Part shown: positions 1 through 11,764 of the stretch, in pieces
Layout: each line of letters starts with the position of its first letter
How positions within the stretch are numbered: position 1 is the first letter of the stretch
Assembly (NCBI RefSeq): GCF_006345805.1
Contig: NC_043000.1
Coordinates: 101,432,001-101,496,000, forward strand
Direction of reading: 5' to 3'
Length of the DNA: 64,000 bases
DNA from: Octopus sinensis
Lineage: Eukaryota
Program-made: the position numbers and the translations under genes
Notes under the pieces: generated by a model
Databases searched by the model: none
What the model was told of the DNA's origin: nothing
Seen by the model: the letters and a program-made list of their open reading frames with translations, nothing else

Positions 1-19
1 TATTATATATATGTTGCAT

Positions 20-388
20 CACCTTTAAGGTACATCCAAGGCTTGGGCCCCTGCCATCCGCCCAAAACAAAAATCGCACTCTCATCTCATAACAACCAAT
101 ACCGCACTATTTTTCACCTCAATGGCCCCGCTCTCTTTAACATTACACCAACAACAAATTAAACAGAAACTGACCCTATAGGGTTCAAGAAGTCTTTGGA
201 CAGATTCCTTCAAGAAATCCCGGATAAACCCCCTACACCCGGATATGTCTCTGTAAACAATACTCTCTACTTGAGTGGGCCATAGTGCCCAAATTCTGAC
301 TTGAAAGACTTCACCAGGTGGTGCTATTAAGTTAGACTGGCCTGGGCAATAATGGACGAAACCTATCAAAGTATCAAAGTATCAAAGT
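20..388 (+). mobile_element. 3' end of a CR1/L2-group LINE (ORF2 C-terminus, 3' UTR and tandem tail)
   Basis: Frame +1 from 121 reads NGPALFNITP..*TETDPIGFKKSLDRFLQEIPDKPPTPGYVSVN, matching the GPxLFN...FKxxLDxFL..IPDxP..GY pattern of CR1/L2-type ORF2 C-termini. It ends in a (ATCAAAGT)3 tail at 365-388 that runs into (TA)n. Confidence 0.75.
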
Positions 389-394
389 ATATAT

Positions 395-467
<73 letters not shown>

Positions 468-538
468 TAATTATATATATATATATATATATAAATATAT
501 ATATATTAATATATATTATTATAATAATATTATATTTA

Positions 539-579
<41 letters not shown>

Positions 580-1413
580 TATATATATATATTACACAGA
601 TATACACAAATCTATGCATTGGCCTTCTGAACATTTTCTGCTTACAAAATTTTATTTACATTATATACTGCTCTATAAACAAAGAGTGTGCTTCTTTTTT
701 TCAGATTTATGTTTTAAACCGACGATATGTATATATATATATATATTGATGCCCATTCATACGCCACCCCCACACACACATATATATTTGTATATACACA
801 TATGATTGTTACCGTTTCTTAAGTTCATTAATAAATATCTATCAACCTGTACATCGACACATTTTTTGTCCATCTACTTAGAAAGTTTGTAATCATCTTC
901 ATTATTAGGTACATATAATATATATACACATACATACGTACATATATATATATATACACATATATATGTATATATATATATGTATATATATATATACACA
1001 CGCATATATATATATATACATATATATATATACATATACACACACACACACATATATATATATATTAAACATTTGTTTGTATTGCTTCTGCCTTTCTATA
1101 TTATGTGAGATTCCAGTGCCAAAACTTTTACTTGGTATTTTGGCACTTACAAGGCTTTCGTATGTCTTTCTTTAACTTTTTTTTTTTTTTCATTATTGAT
1201 TTTCAAGGGTATTTTGTATATCAGCAGAAAAGCACTCTGTTTAAAAAGGAAAATTGTAAACGCATATTTGATATATATACTTCTGGTATACTTGTCACTA
1301 AAAGCTGAGTAAAATGTGTATTTATTTTTTTTTTTTTTTATTTAGAGGCTATTGATTATATAAGAAAAGCTAGATTTGGGTTTATTAAATATACCTTCAA
1401 TGATTTATATTCA

Positions 1414-1513
1414 NNNNNNNNNNNNNNNNNNNNNNNNNNNNNNNNNNNNNNNNNNNNNNNNNNNNNNNNNNNNNNNNNNNNNNNNNNNNNNNNNNNNNNN
1501 NNNNNNNNNNNNN
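1414..1513. other. Assembly gap of exactly 100 N (probably a placeholder of unknown size)
   Basis: Run of 100 N. Confidence 1.
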
Positions 1514-1714
1514 TCATTCACTGATATTCTGAATAGCTTCTAGGATGAAATATAATCCGGTGAATGTAACTGAAGCAGTATTTAATTAAGTAGCCATCTA
1601 TGCATCATACCTAATGTAAATACATTGTTGAAAACCAAATTTGCTGCTGTATTCTAGATGCTATCTCATGGTTATTCATGACCAAAGGGGGTGTTTACCC
1701 ATTTTATGTATGTA

Positions 1715-1930
1715 TGAGGGGGTACTGAAAAGTTTCTGGCTTTGGGTAAAAAAAATAGTGAGGGATCACTTAATTATGATTTTATTCAACATATTCCTCT
1801 CTCAGATTCACACACTTATTGCAGCAGTCCTTCAGTTTTTCTAAGCCCTGTAAAAGGATTCGAAAGGTTGGATCTTCAACTGGGCCTTTTGTGATACCCT
1901 TGAAGCCAGAAACTTTTTGGCACACCCTCG
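1715..1930 (-). mobile_element. Mariner-derived MITE (opposite orientation to the copy at 61961-62180)
   Basis: TA|TGAGGGGGTACTGAAAAGTTTCTGGCTT ... AAGCCAGAAACTTTTTGGCACACCCTCG|TA terminal inverted repeats with TA duplication. The interior is shared with 61961-62180. Confidence 0.75.
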
Positions 1931-2281
1931 TATGATTGATTGATTGACTGATTGATTCATTGATTCATTGATTCATTAATTGGTTGACTGATTCATTCAT
2001 TCATTCAATTTAATGAAGATTTGATGAGTTGCTATCAATGTTAATATATTTTACTAACTTTTACAAACATGCAGAATAATAATGTTGCTATCACCACAGT
2101 TGGGCAAAAGAGACCAGTAAGCTAAGTGCTGGAGTCGACTTGTTCAAGGAAACCTTTCAAGGCAAATGCCCCAACTTGGCCACAGCCAAGTAACAGAAAC
2201 AAGGGAGAAGTAGATAAAAGATTTATATAATGATGATGTGATATATATATATATATATATATAATATATTATATATATATT

Positions 2282-2672
2282 ACTTTATTCATTCTTTGTT
2301 TCAGTCATTTGACTGTGGCCATGCTGGAGCACCACCTTTAGTCAAACAAATCAACCCCAGGACTTCTTCTTTGCAAGCCTAGTACTTATTCTATCGGTCT
2401 CTTTTGCTGAACTGCTAAGTTACAGGGGCATAAACACACCAACATTGGTTGTCAGGCAATAGTGGTGGGGAGACAAACACAGACAATCAAACATATACAT
2501 ACACATATATATATATATATATATATTTGCAGCAAGCTTCTTTCAGTTCCCATCTACCAAATCCACTCATAAGGCTTTGGTCAGCCCGAGGATATAGTAG
2601 AAGACACTTGACCAAGTGGGACTGAACCTGGAACCGTGTGGTTAGTAAGCAAGCTACTTTCCACACAGCCAG
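2282..2672 (-). mobile_element. tRNA-derived SINE family A (CORE-like, resembles the octopus OR-type SINEs)
   Basis: Homologous to the many copies at 14430, 23325, 43005, 47540 and 56325. tRNA-like head (GTGGCTGTGTGGTAAG...GGTTCAGTCCC), GGCACCTTGGGCAAGTG core, internal microsatellite, 3' tail GCTCCAGCATGGCC...TGACTGAAACAAG(TAAAAGA)n. The family name is from memory and unverified. Confidence 0.85.
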
Positions 2673-2713
2673 AGCACTTATGTAGCTTTGCAGATAACTA
2701 CACACACACACAC

Positions 2714-2759
<46 letters not shown>

Positions 2760-2762
<3 letters not shown>

Positions 2763-2925
2763 CGCAGGAGTGGCTTTGTGGTAAGTAGCTTGCTTACCAA
2801 CCACATGGTTCCGGGTTCATTCCCACTGCATGGCACCTTGGGCAAGTGTCTTCTGCTATAGCCTCAGGCTGATCAAAGCCTTGTGAGTGGATTTGGTAGA
2901 TGGAAACTGAAAAAAGCCCGTCGCA
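2760..2925 (+). mobile_element. SINE family A, 5' half, divergent to the previous copy
   Basis: TAGGCGCAGGAGTGGCTTTGTGGTAAGTAGCTTGCTTACCAACCACATGGTTCCGGGTTC... head and core. Confidence 0.85.
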
Positions 2926-4049
2926 TATATGTATATATATATATATATGTAGCTAGCTTTAGAGCTACATAAGTAGTTCAAGATTCAAGAATTTCATGTG
3001 CTGCACTTATCAAGCCACCAAACCAATGTGTGTGTTTGCATATGCATGTGCATAAATACCCATCTACATATCCTGCATTCTACATTGGTAGATAATTATT
3101 TACATGATCTCTGAGAAACAGAAGCATCAGTCACTGGGTGATGAGCACTTTTGATTTGTATTGGAAAAAGATACTTTAGCTGATATTCATTAATTCTACA
3201 AACCCATTACCAACAAACTTAAGAGAAAAGAAATAACTATATCTAGAAATAAAAACCTTGCTCTCTGATTGGCTTCCTCTAGTTTTAATGCACATATCAG
3301 ATATGCACAAATACACAACCACACAGATGCACCCCACACTTATGAAGAAGTGAGAGAAAGGGAGATAATTGTGCTTTGCTCTTAAAGAGACTATAGAAAG
3401 CTATTGAATGTCACTTAACATAAAAGAACTTTTGAAAGGAATGGCTATTAAACCGAGTACTCAGAATAGATTCCAACCTTTAAATAAAACCAGAATTTCG
3501 ACAAAAACAACTGCGGCAACAACAACAATATTAACAACAGCATTAATAATAACAACAACGACGACGGCATGAGTTTCAAGTGATCAGTCAAGAGTAGTTC
3601 TTCAACTTTATTAGATCAAAAGAATTCTTTCTGAGAATGTCTTTATACAAAACTTCAGTGTGTATGTGTGTGTGTGTGATACTCAGAAAAATGCACACAA
3701 AACATTCTCAAGTTCTCTGTGAGGTTTGTATGTGTGTGTATGCTTTTCTAAGAAGATTGACTAGTTTTTTGTGTGTTTATGTATGTGTACATACTTATGA
3801 TTTTGGAAGAGAGCAAAAGGAGGTGGAAAGAGAAGGAGAGAGAGAGTGAGAGAGAGAAAGAAAGAGTGTGCGTGTGTGTGTACACACACAATACACATAC
3901 ATATAAACATAAATATACATAAACACATACACACATATATGTACGTAATTATATTCACTGATGATATATCTATTAGAAATGTGTGTGTATAAATAAAATA
4001 TCATTATTATCATACAGCCATTTTCATGTTGTTTTCACAAGCTGAGTGA

Positions 4050-4510
4050 GTCTTCAGCACTGAACTCTGTCACTTGGAGTATTTTGTCATCATTTCCATG
4101 AATTTTAACCTTCTAAGACTGGCTTCATGACTTCTTCCTGTGTTTTTCCCCTTCCACAGGTTCCCTCCATTTCGACTGCTTGCCTTCTTCTTTACCCCAA
4201 CTACCCTCTTCCATAAACATCTCATATCTGTACTAACACAGTCTTCTTCCTCACACACACAGCATCTGATTCCTTTTGTACCAAGCATCTTCTACCTCTG
4301 CTCATTTGTATTTCATTGTTTAAGTACTCGGATGATACATATTGAGAAGATCATGTTTGCCTCATGTCTCTTCAGTCTTCACACTTGTTCTGCATCCAGT
4401 TTGTAGCTATACATCTGGAATTTATTTCATTTACTGCCACTGTGTTCTATATACAAGCATCACACAAATTGTCTTTCCTTTTGAGAGGGAAGTTTTTTCT
4501 TACTGGTAAG
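4050..4510 (-). mobile_element. Decayed RTE-clade LINE ORF2 C-terminal fragment
   Basis: The minus strand gives frameshifted ..KGxLCDAC.., ..LGTKGIRCCV.EE.. and ..LRRLKFMEMMTK, collinear with the better preserved RTE fragments at 57245-57590 and 60095-60440. Confidence 0.65.
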
Positions 4511-4612
4511 GGTAACAGCTTTCTATCATTACTTGTTTCAGTCATTAGGATGCAGCCATGCTGAGGCACCACCCTGAAGAACACTTCCTGAGTTGTAGCA
4601 GAATTTTGTTAC

Positions 4613-4770
4613 CTTCTCTGTCAACTGAAATGTTTGACTTTCTAAGTTTACTTTTAAGTCTCTTGATTATATGATCTGCTTTTTTATTTGAAACTTTTTT
4701 CTCAAATTCTTTGACTGATTCTGCTGATTCTCTATCAATGGGACTGACTCTTCCTGTATTACCCACTTGA
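4613..4770 (-). CDS. Candidate internal exon of an unidentified host gene (QVGNTGRVSPIDRESAESVKEFEKKVSNKKADHIIKRLKSKLRKSNISVDRE)
   Basis: Non-repetitive. Acceptor ctaattgctcacatAG and donor GAAG|GTAACA; 158 nt open in one frame (phase 2 to 1); protein-like composition. No homology recognised. Confidence 0.4.
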
Positions 4771-4836
4771 CTATGTGAGCAATTAGTGTGTGTCCGACCT
4801 TGCCAGACATATATATTGGCAAATGATACACACATA

Positions 4837-4875
<39 letters not shown>

Positions 4876-5213
4876 AAATTAAGGTAAACACAGGTATAAA
4901 CTATTAATTCCTACGTGTTTCACCATTGCAGTTATATGGAACTCAGCATTGGATGTTCCAAGTGCATCCAAATGCACTTGGAAATAATAATTTATGTATA
5001 GGAATTAATAATTTATACTAGTGTTTATTTTAATTTTCCCTTACATATGCTCTGTAGGTCATAATTAGTAGCTCTGATAAGCACAGTGGTAGACTAACTA
5101 TTATACTAATAGCTGACTAGATAATGATAATCTACATGGAGCTCTAACTCATACAGTAGTGGTCACACATCAGCTGTACATACAAGATATGCATGTATAC
5201 AAAAAGAGTGAGT

Positions 5214-5248
<35 letters not shown>

Positions 5249-6463
5249 AGAGGAGAGAGAGAGAAAGATAGTAAAAAAGAAAGAGGAATGTTGTAGCTTG
5301 CTTGAAGCATATGAAGAAAATCAGTGTGTTATGGAAGGTTATAGCTTTGTAGATGAATCTTCACAATCCAATTGTCCCATTGACAAAAATGTTGAAATAT
5401 TACCTTTGAAATATGGATTTAGTCCTGAAATTTTTAGTAAAATATCCCTTTTCAAAAGTGCAAAGTGAACCAGGGACAAATATGTTCTTTTGTTTGGCAT
5501 GCAGGTTCTGTGTGTGTAGAAATAATAGGTCCATTATCTCAGAATGCCTGGTTTGTGTAACATACACAGAACTGACATGCCAAGCTAATGGACATTTTTT
5601 TCTTGCTCTGTTAACACTTTTGGAAAATGGGTATTTTATCCAAAATTTCATGACTAATTAGATATTAGGAATCCAAAATGACATTATTTTTGTTGTTGGC
5701 ATTTTTGCTAATTAGAGAAGCAGATGTGTGTGTTTAAATATGTATGAGAGAGAAAGTATGTGTATAAAATATCAGCAACTGAGGCAACAGACTGAAGACT
5801 GGATGTCACAATCACTTCAGAAGTTGCTCTTCATCCTCCTTCACTAGCATCACTAGTCTGAAAAACTGATAAATGCTTCTTAGACACACACACAAACACA
5901 TGCACAAACAAATCCCTGTATGTTTGTATGTGTGTGAGAATCCAATCCATTTTTTAATGTCCTCTTTCCTAATTTAAAGATGGTAAGCTTTGATATGAGA
6001 AGAATTTAAGTTATTAACTGTTTGAAGTAAAGTTTGGAGTTGACTTGTAATCTCAGTTCACACATAATTGAAAGACTATGATGAAAGGTACTGTAGTTAT
6101 GACAATCCCATTGTTTTATACAAGGAGCTATACTGTTCAATACGCACTTTATTTAAAGGCATAACTTGCAAGGGTTTTGATCACTGCTAATTCCACTGAG
6201 TTGCTGTTTGTTTTTACTAAACCTGTCATTCTGATGATAAAAGCGTATGGCGATAAGAAGAGTGTTTGCAAAACAGACAACATGTCTTGTCTATTAGTTA
6301 TGTAAATATACAGATTACAGACAAACTAAAACTTGTAAAATCGCCTAATAAACAAACAAATGAAACAAAATAAAACCTGTTATGTTTTGAATTAGTTTTT
6401 AATCAGTAACAATTTTTTTCTTCAAATATATATTAAAACAAATCACGAGTTTGTTTCCAGGTG

Positions 6464-6536
6464 GCCGAAGCAGCTCAGCTGACATAGTGTCAGAGTAGAA
6501 ATGTAAAGAGCTCTGGTTCAATTCTGAGTCTCAGCA
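6464..6536 (+). pseudogene. tRNA-Phe(GAA)-derived pseudogene
   Basis: 73 nt, GCCGAAGCAGCTCAGCTGACATAGTGTCAGAGTAGAAATGTAAAGAGCTCTGGTTCAATTCTGAGTCTCAGCA. It aligns without gaps to metazoan tRNA-Phe (GCCGAAATAGCTCAGTTGGGAGAGCGTTAGACTGAAGATCTAAAGGTCCCTGGTTCGATCCCGGGTTTCGGCA), but the anticodon arm and stems are disrupted. Confidence 0.8.
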
Positions 6537-6826
6537 TGTTGATGAGTGTTTGTTTTATTGTTGAAAATTTTGTAGTTTGATTAACTAATTTCTGGAAGCA
6601 AATCAAAGGGGAGGTTTTAGTCCCCTAAGCACATATCGATGAATAATTATCATTGCAATAAGAGGAAATGCTTGATGTACGTTGCTATACCTTTCTGACT
6701 TTAAACACACACACATATATAACAACATTTTATAAACAAATTTTGGAAGTAACAAGTGTGTTTGGTATATATATATATACACACTTATATATATACATGT
6801 ATATACATATATGTATATATATATAC

Positions 6827-6876
<50 letters not shown>

Positions 6877-6889
6877 ATGTATGTATATA

Positions 6890-6966
<77 letters not shown>

Positions 6967-7471
6967 CATACATACTTATACGCACACACACAGGATAAAC
7001 TTATTTCAGTTTCAGTCTTCCAAATCCACTCACAAGGCTTTGGTTGGCCTGAGGCTATAGTAGAAAATACTTGCCCAATGTGCTATGCAGAGGGACTGGT
7101 CCTTGGACCATGTGGTTGGTAATAAGCTTCTTACCACACAGCCACAACTGTGCCTATGTATACAAGGGGCTTTTTTCAGTTTCCCGCTGTTATATCTGAC
7201 ACACATGGATTTGGTTGGCTTGAAGATGTAATAGAAGATACTTGTCCAAGGTGCCACGTGGTGGGATTGAACCCAAAGCTATGTGGTTGGAAAGCAAACT
7301 TCTTACCATAAGCATGCACCTATGTGATGGTTTAACACCTCCACTTGGTCCTTTGGTGCTTTTAGTAGATTCTATTCTGTTGCATGTATTCTAGTCTAGA
7401 GATAATACTATATATTTTGGTGGATTGCTTCCTAGTGTGAGAGGAATATTTGAGTTTTGGGTCTTTCTTAC

Positions 7472-7509
7472 CTTTTTTTTAATCTCTTTCTCTACCAGCC
7501 TTGAAATCT
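7472..7509 (-). CDS. Candidate micro-exon (xISRLVEKEIKKK)
   Basis: Acceptor ccttttgCAG and strong donor AAG|GTAAGA; 38 nt open in one frame (phase 1 to 0). Confidence 0.2.
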
Positions 7510-8308
7510 CTGCAAAAGGTTCATATGAGATGCAATTTCCATCTCTGAACAAGTTATGAGACTTTTCGCTGTACTCAGCCCATCCCATTCCACCCCACAC
7601 ACTTCTGCCAATACTCACCACAAAACATGACAACTATGCACTCAATACCTGCATGACACTTAGCATCTCTCTAAAACAGCACTGTCATCCTTACTCGCAA
7701 CATACCCCCACCCCACCCCTCTTGTCATTACCGCATGCTACACGACGCACTGATCATTAACGAAAGTTGCAACAGACATAATTACCAGATTGAAGCAAAG
7801 ACTACAAGGCTAAAAACGAAGATAGTATGATAAATTAAATGTATAGAGTGATTATTTAAATCAGTTTAGTGCTTTTATCCAACACTTCCATTACCTCTTG
7901 CTCTTAATAATTCATTCAAATTCTGAAATTAGCTCATTTTCGTTTTTTTTTTTTTTTATTCATATATATTCTGTTTTTGCTTCCATTAAAAAATAGATAT
8001 CCAATATTAATATGTGCATGTGAATTTGGCTCTGTATGTGTGTGTGTGTGTGTGTCTTTGTCAATTTGGTGATGTATATGCATGTTTGATTCTGTGGGTG
8101 TGTATATATATATATGTGTGTGTGTGTGTGTCTGTGTATGTAGGTATTTTCTGTGCACATCCATTCAGATTCGTTATCATATAAGCAGGATGTCATATAT
8201 TTAGTTAAAACATATATATGCAGAATAATACATACATAGATACATACATGCATACATATATACATACATATATACATACATACATATATACATACATACA
8301 TATATATA

Positions 8309-8359
<51 letters not shown>

Positions 8360-8381
8360 TATATATATACACAAGATTATA

Positions 8382-8448
<67 letters not shown>

Positions 8449-8730
8449 ATATGTATATATGTATATGCATGTATGTACTTGGTGCAACAAGAATTAACAG
8501 CACAGTTGATAGAGAAAGAAGCCACCGATAATAAATTGTGTGACATTTCATTTACATAAAGCCTTGGGGAATGATTTTTAAGTGAGTTAAGTTCCCACTG
8601 AAAGGATTATGTGATTTTTTCTTCTTTTTTTTAGAGGAATGCATTCTCATTCTTGATGTCTTTACTTACATGTGTGTAGGAGTGTTTGTGTCTGTGTGCA
8701 TGAGCCACATGTGCGAGCACATGTTGTACA

Positions 8731-8776
<46 letters not shown>

Positions 8777-9254
8777 AGGGAAAACAAGACACACACACAC
8801 ACACACATATTTATGAATGCATCTATGTGCATGCATGAATATATTCTTTCTCCCTTTGTGTGTATGTATGAGTGAGTATGCATACCTATTTATTTATTTA
8901 TATATACATGTATATACATATACGCATACACACACACAGACATACTAGTGCAAACGTATACACATATAGATGCACACATACACATGCACTCATTCACAGC
9001 CATATGCACAGTCACACACATATATTTACAGATAAAGTAGTTGAGAATGGAAATAAATATTTGACATCCTGCAATAAATGAATGATGTAATTCTAATTCA
9101 ATACAAATTAGATTTTCAGTACTCAGATAGTTGCACAGAGTTATCGAAATTCTGTTAACCTCGCTTATTCTGTATAAATGCTGTATACGATAATGTATAT
9201 GAGTTTTGTATTAATATAAATGCAACACATACACACATATATATATATATATGT

Positions 9255-9545
9255 ATGTGAAAGCTCATGGTTTAGTGGTTAAGGTGTTGCACTCTCGATT
9301 GCGAGATCATGGGTTCAATTCCCAGATCAGGCATTGCATTGTGTTCTTGAGTAAAGCACTTTGTTTCATGTTGCTCTGCAATCATTTTGACATCTGACAT
9401 GTTGCACCTGTACAGGTAATGTCGATCTGATGAAGGGAGTGAGCTTATGTCTACACAAACATTTGATCACTATAAACAAATCATCTGTGTGGTTGTTCAA
9501 CAAGAAACTGCCGAACCCTCATATGTCATCTAATGACAGGAGAGT
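9255..9545 (+). mobile_element. tRNA-derived SINE family E (TGTGTxCTTGAGCAAGACAC core)
   Basis: A-box and B-box head (GGTTTAGTGGTTAAGG...GGTTCAATTCCC). Related copies lie at about 12995-13550, 21680-21860, 36110-36310 and 52270-52495. Confidence 0.7.
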
Positions 9546-9590
<45 letters not shown>

Positions 9591-9709
9591 TATATATGAT
9601 ATATATATATATATATATATATATGTAGGTCCCGGGTTGAGTCGGGGTTAACCACAGTTAATAAGGTACTCAATACATAGCAGAGTAAATTAATTTATTT
9701 TATAGAAGG

Positions 9710-9760
9710 AGCTTCTACAGGACTAGAACTGTTTCATTCAAATGAAATCTTCAGGAAGCT
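9710..9760 (-). ncRNA. Type I hammerhead ribozyme motif inside a 125-bp palindrome (9696-9820)
   Basis: Minus strand: AGCTTC [stem I] CTGAAGA [core] T-TTC-ATTT-GAA-T [stem II] GAAA CAG-TTCTAGTC-CTG [stem III] TA (GUA cleavage triplet) GAAGCT [stem I']. All conserved core nucleotides are present. Stem I has 6 bp, stem III has 4 bp, and stem II has 3 bp with a U.U closing mismatch. Confidence 0.75.
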
Positions 9761-9814
9761 TGCTGAGATTTCATTTGAATGAAACAGTTCTAGTCCTGTA
9801 GAAGCTCCTTCTAT

Positions 9815-9850
<36 letters not shown>

Positions 9851-10206
9851 TACATACACACACACATAAACACACATCCAAATTCTATCTCACTGTATGA
9901 CACTCTGGGCAAGCATCTACTAAACCATGGATCTATAAATGCCTTATCAATGAAACGGATATGTAGAAACTGTGGAAGCTTTTATCATGTACAAACATAC
10001 ACATGCACACACAAACACACACACACCTTTTCTACTATAGGCTCAAGGCCTGAAATTTTGGGGAGAGACATAATCAATTATGTTGACCCCAGTAATCAAC
10101 TTATTTCATCAACCCTGAAATGATGGAAGGTAAAGTCAGCACACACATGCACACACACATATATATATGAATAGATAGGCGGACAGACATGTAAAGATAT
10201 ATACAT

Positions 10207-10242
<36 letters not shown>

Positions 10243-10299
10243 CAGTTGAATAAAGTTAAAACATGGGCCGGTTTTCACATTTTTTATTATAGTATTTTA

Positions 10300-10480
10300 T
10301 CTGCCGTTATGTTCTCAGTTCAAATTCCACTGAGGTCAACTTTGCCTTTCATCCATTCGGGGTCGATAAATTAAGTACCAGTTATGCACTGGGGTCGATG
10401 TAATCGACTTAATCCCTTTGTCCTTATTTGTTCCCTCCATGTTTAGCCCCTTGTGGACAATAAAGAAATAAAGAAATAAA
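10300..10480 (+). mobile_element. tRNA-derived SINE family B (GCCTTTCATCCxTTCGGGGTCGATAAA central domain, Meta/MESC-like)
   Basis: Homologous copies at about 12430, 12740, 13297, 16880, 40860, 43735 and 60460; (AAAGAAAT)n tail. The domain name is from memory. Confidence 0.8.
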
Positions 10481-11000
10481 GAAATAGAGTAGCTGAGAGA
10501 AAGTGAGAGTGAGAAGTCGTTAATGTATAAAAAGAGAAGGAGGAAACACACATTGTACTCTGTCATCCTTGCCTTTGTTGCTCATCTACTGTTCAGTATA
10601 AATGCATTCTTTTACCCATATCTATTGCTCATCTTTCAGTCACTCCCTTCTTTTAATTCTCACTGTACTATGCTTCTGTCTTTACTGTACATTGCTTCTA
10701 GTGAGGGCACCTATTCTGCTCCACCACTATGTCACTCCTTTATGCAACTCTCCGATACAGAACCCATCTACTTTCCATTTGCCATGTGACAATCCTCATT
10801 GTTCAACCTCTCCTGGCCCATCTCATTGTTGACATATAGATGGGTGCTTGAAACCAATTGTGTTCAGTTCATTTTATCACTGGCCCCTCATAAAAACTTC
10901 ATCCTACACATGCAAGCATGAAAAATAAGGCATTAAAACAATGGTGTCACCGTCATGTAATGTCCATCTTCCATGCTGACATATATATATATATATATGT

Positions 11001-11050
<50 letters not shown>

Positions 11051-11175
11051 TTCAAATTATGATGAACGTAAACAAAAACAAAGTTTGCTTTAGAAGCGTT
11101 GAGATGTCTTAGAAAGTTAAAGAAGTGATTTTAAATTCTCAAACGCAGGATAATACTCTGTGTGTGTGTATATAT

Positions 11176-11204
<29 letters not shown>

Positions 11205-11207
<3 letters not shown>

Positions 11208-11470
11208 GATGCTTATGAAGAAGATGACTAAGGACCGAGATATCTGATGCATTGCTATACTCAAGAAGACCTGCTACCACAGCAGAATTGATACCAGTGC
11301 TGATGTCACATAAAAAGCACCCTGTACACTCTGTGGAGTGGTTGGCCGTAGGAAGAGCATCCAGGTGTAGAAACCAGAACAGAAAATGAAGCCTGATGTA
11401 ATCCCTGGCATTACTAGTTCCATTCAAACCATCTAACCCATACTAGCATAGAAAACATATTCAATGATGA
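11205..11470 (+). mobile_element. 5'-truncated RTE LINE 3' end
   Basis: ..EEDD/MTKDRDI*CIAILKKTC, then TAAAAAGCACC, GGAGTGGTTGGCCGTAGGAAGAGCATCCAG and a (GAT)n tail. Confidence 0.7.
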
Positions 11471-11472
11471 TG

Positions 11473-11528
<56 letters not shown>

Positions 11529-11582
11529 GTATGTATGTATATAGATGTATATATATATGTATGTATGTATGTATATAGACGG

Positions 11583-11613
<31 letters not shown>

Positions 11614-11695
11614 TACATACATATGTAATGTGAAGTTGGTAGACTCTCATTAAAGATAGATAGATTCAACAATCATATGAAGTTAAGAGAGGTTG

Positions 11696-11764
<69 letters not shown>

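Noticed and set aside
1380-1540. Any structure spanning the N run
   Set aside because: This is an assembly gap, so the true distance and adjacency are unknown.
6218-6316. Minus-strand segment with a strong acceptor (tttgtttgtttattAG) and a GT donor
   Set aside because: All three frames from the strong acceptor hit stops. An open version needs a poor internal acceptor. It could be non-coding or UTR, but is unsupported.
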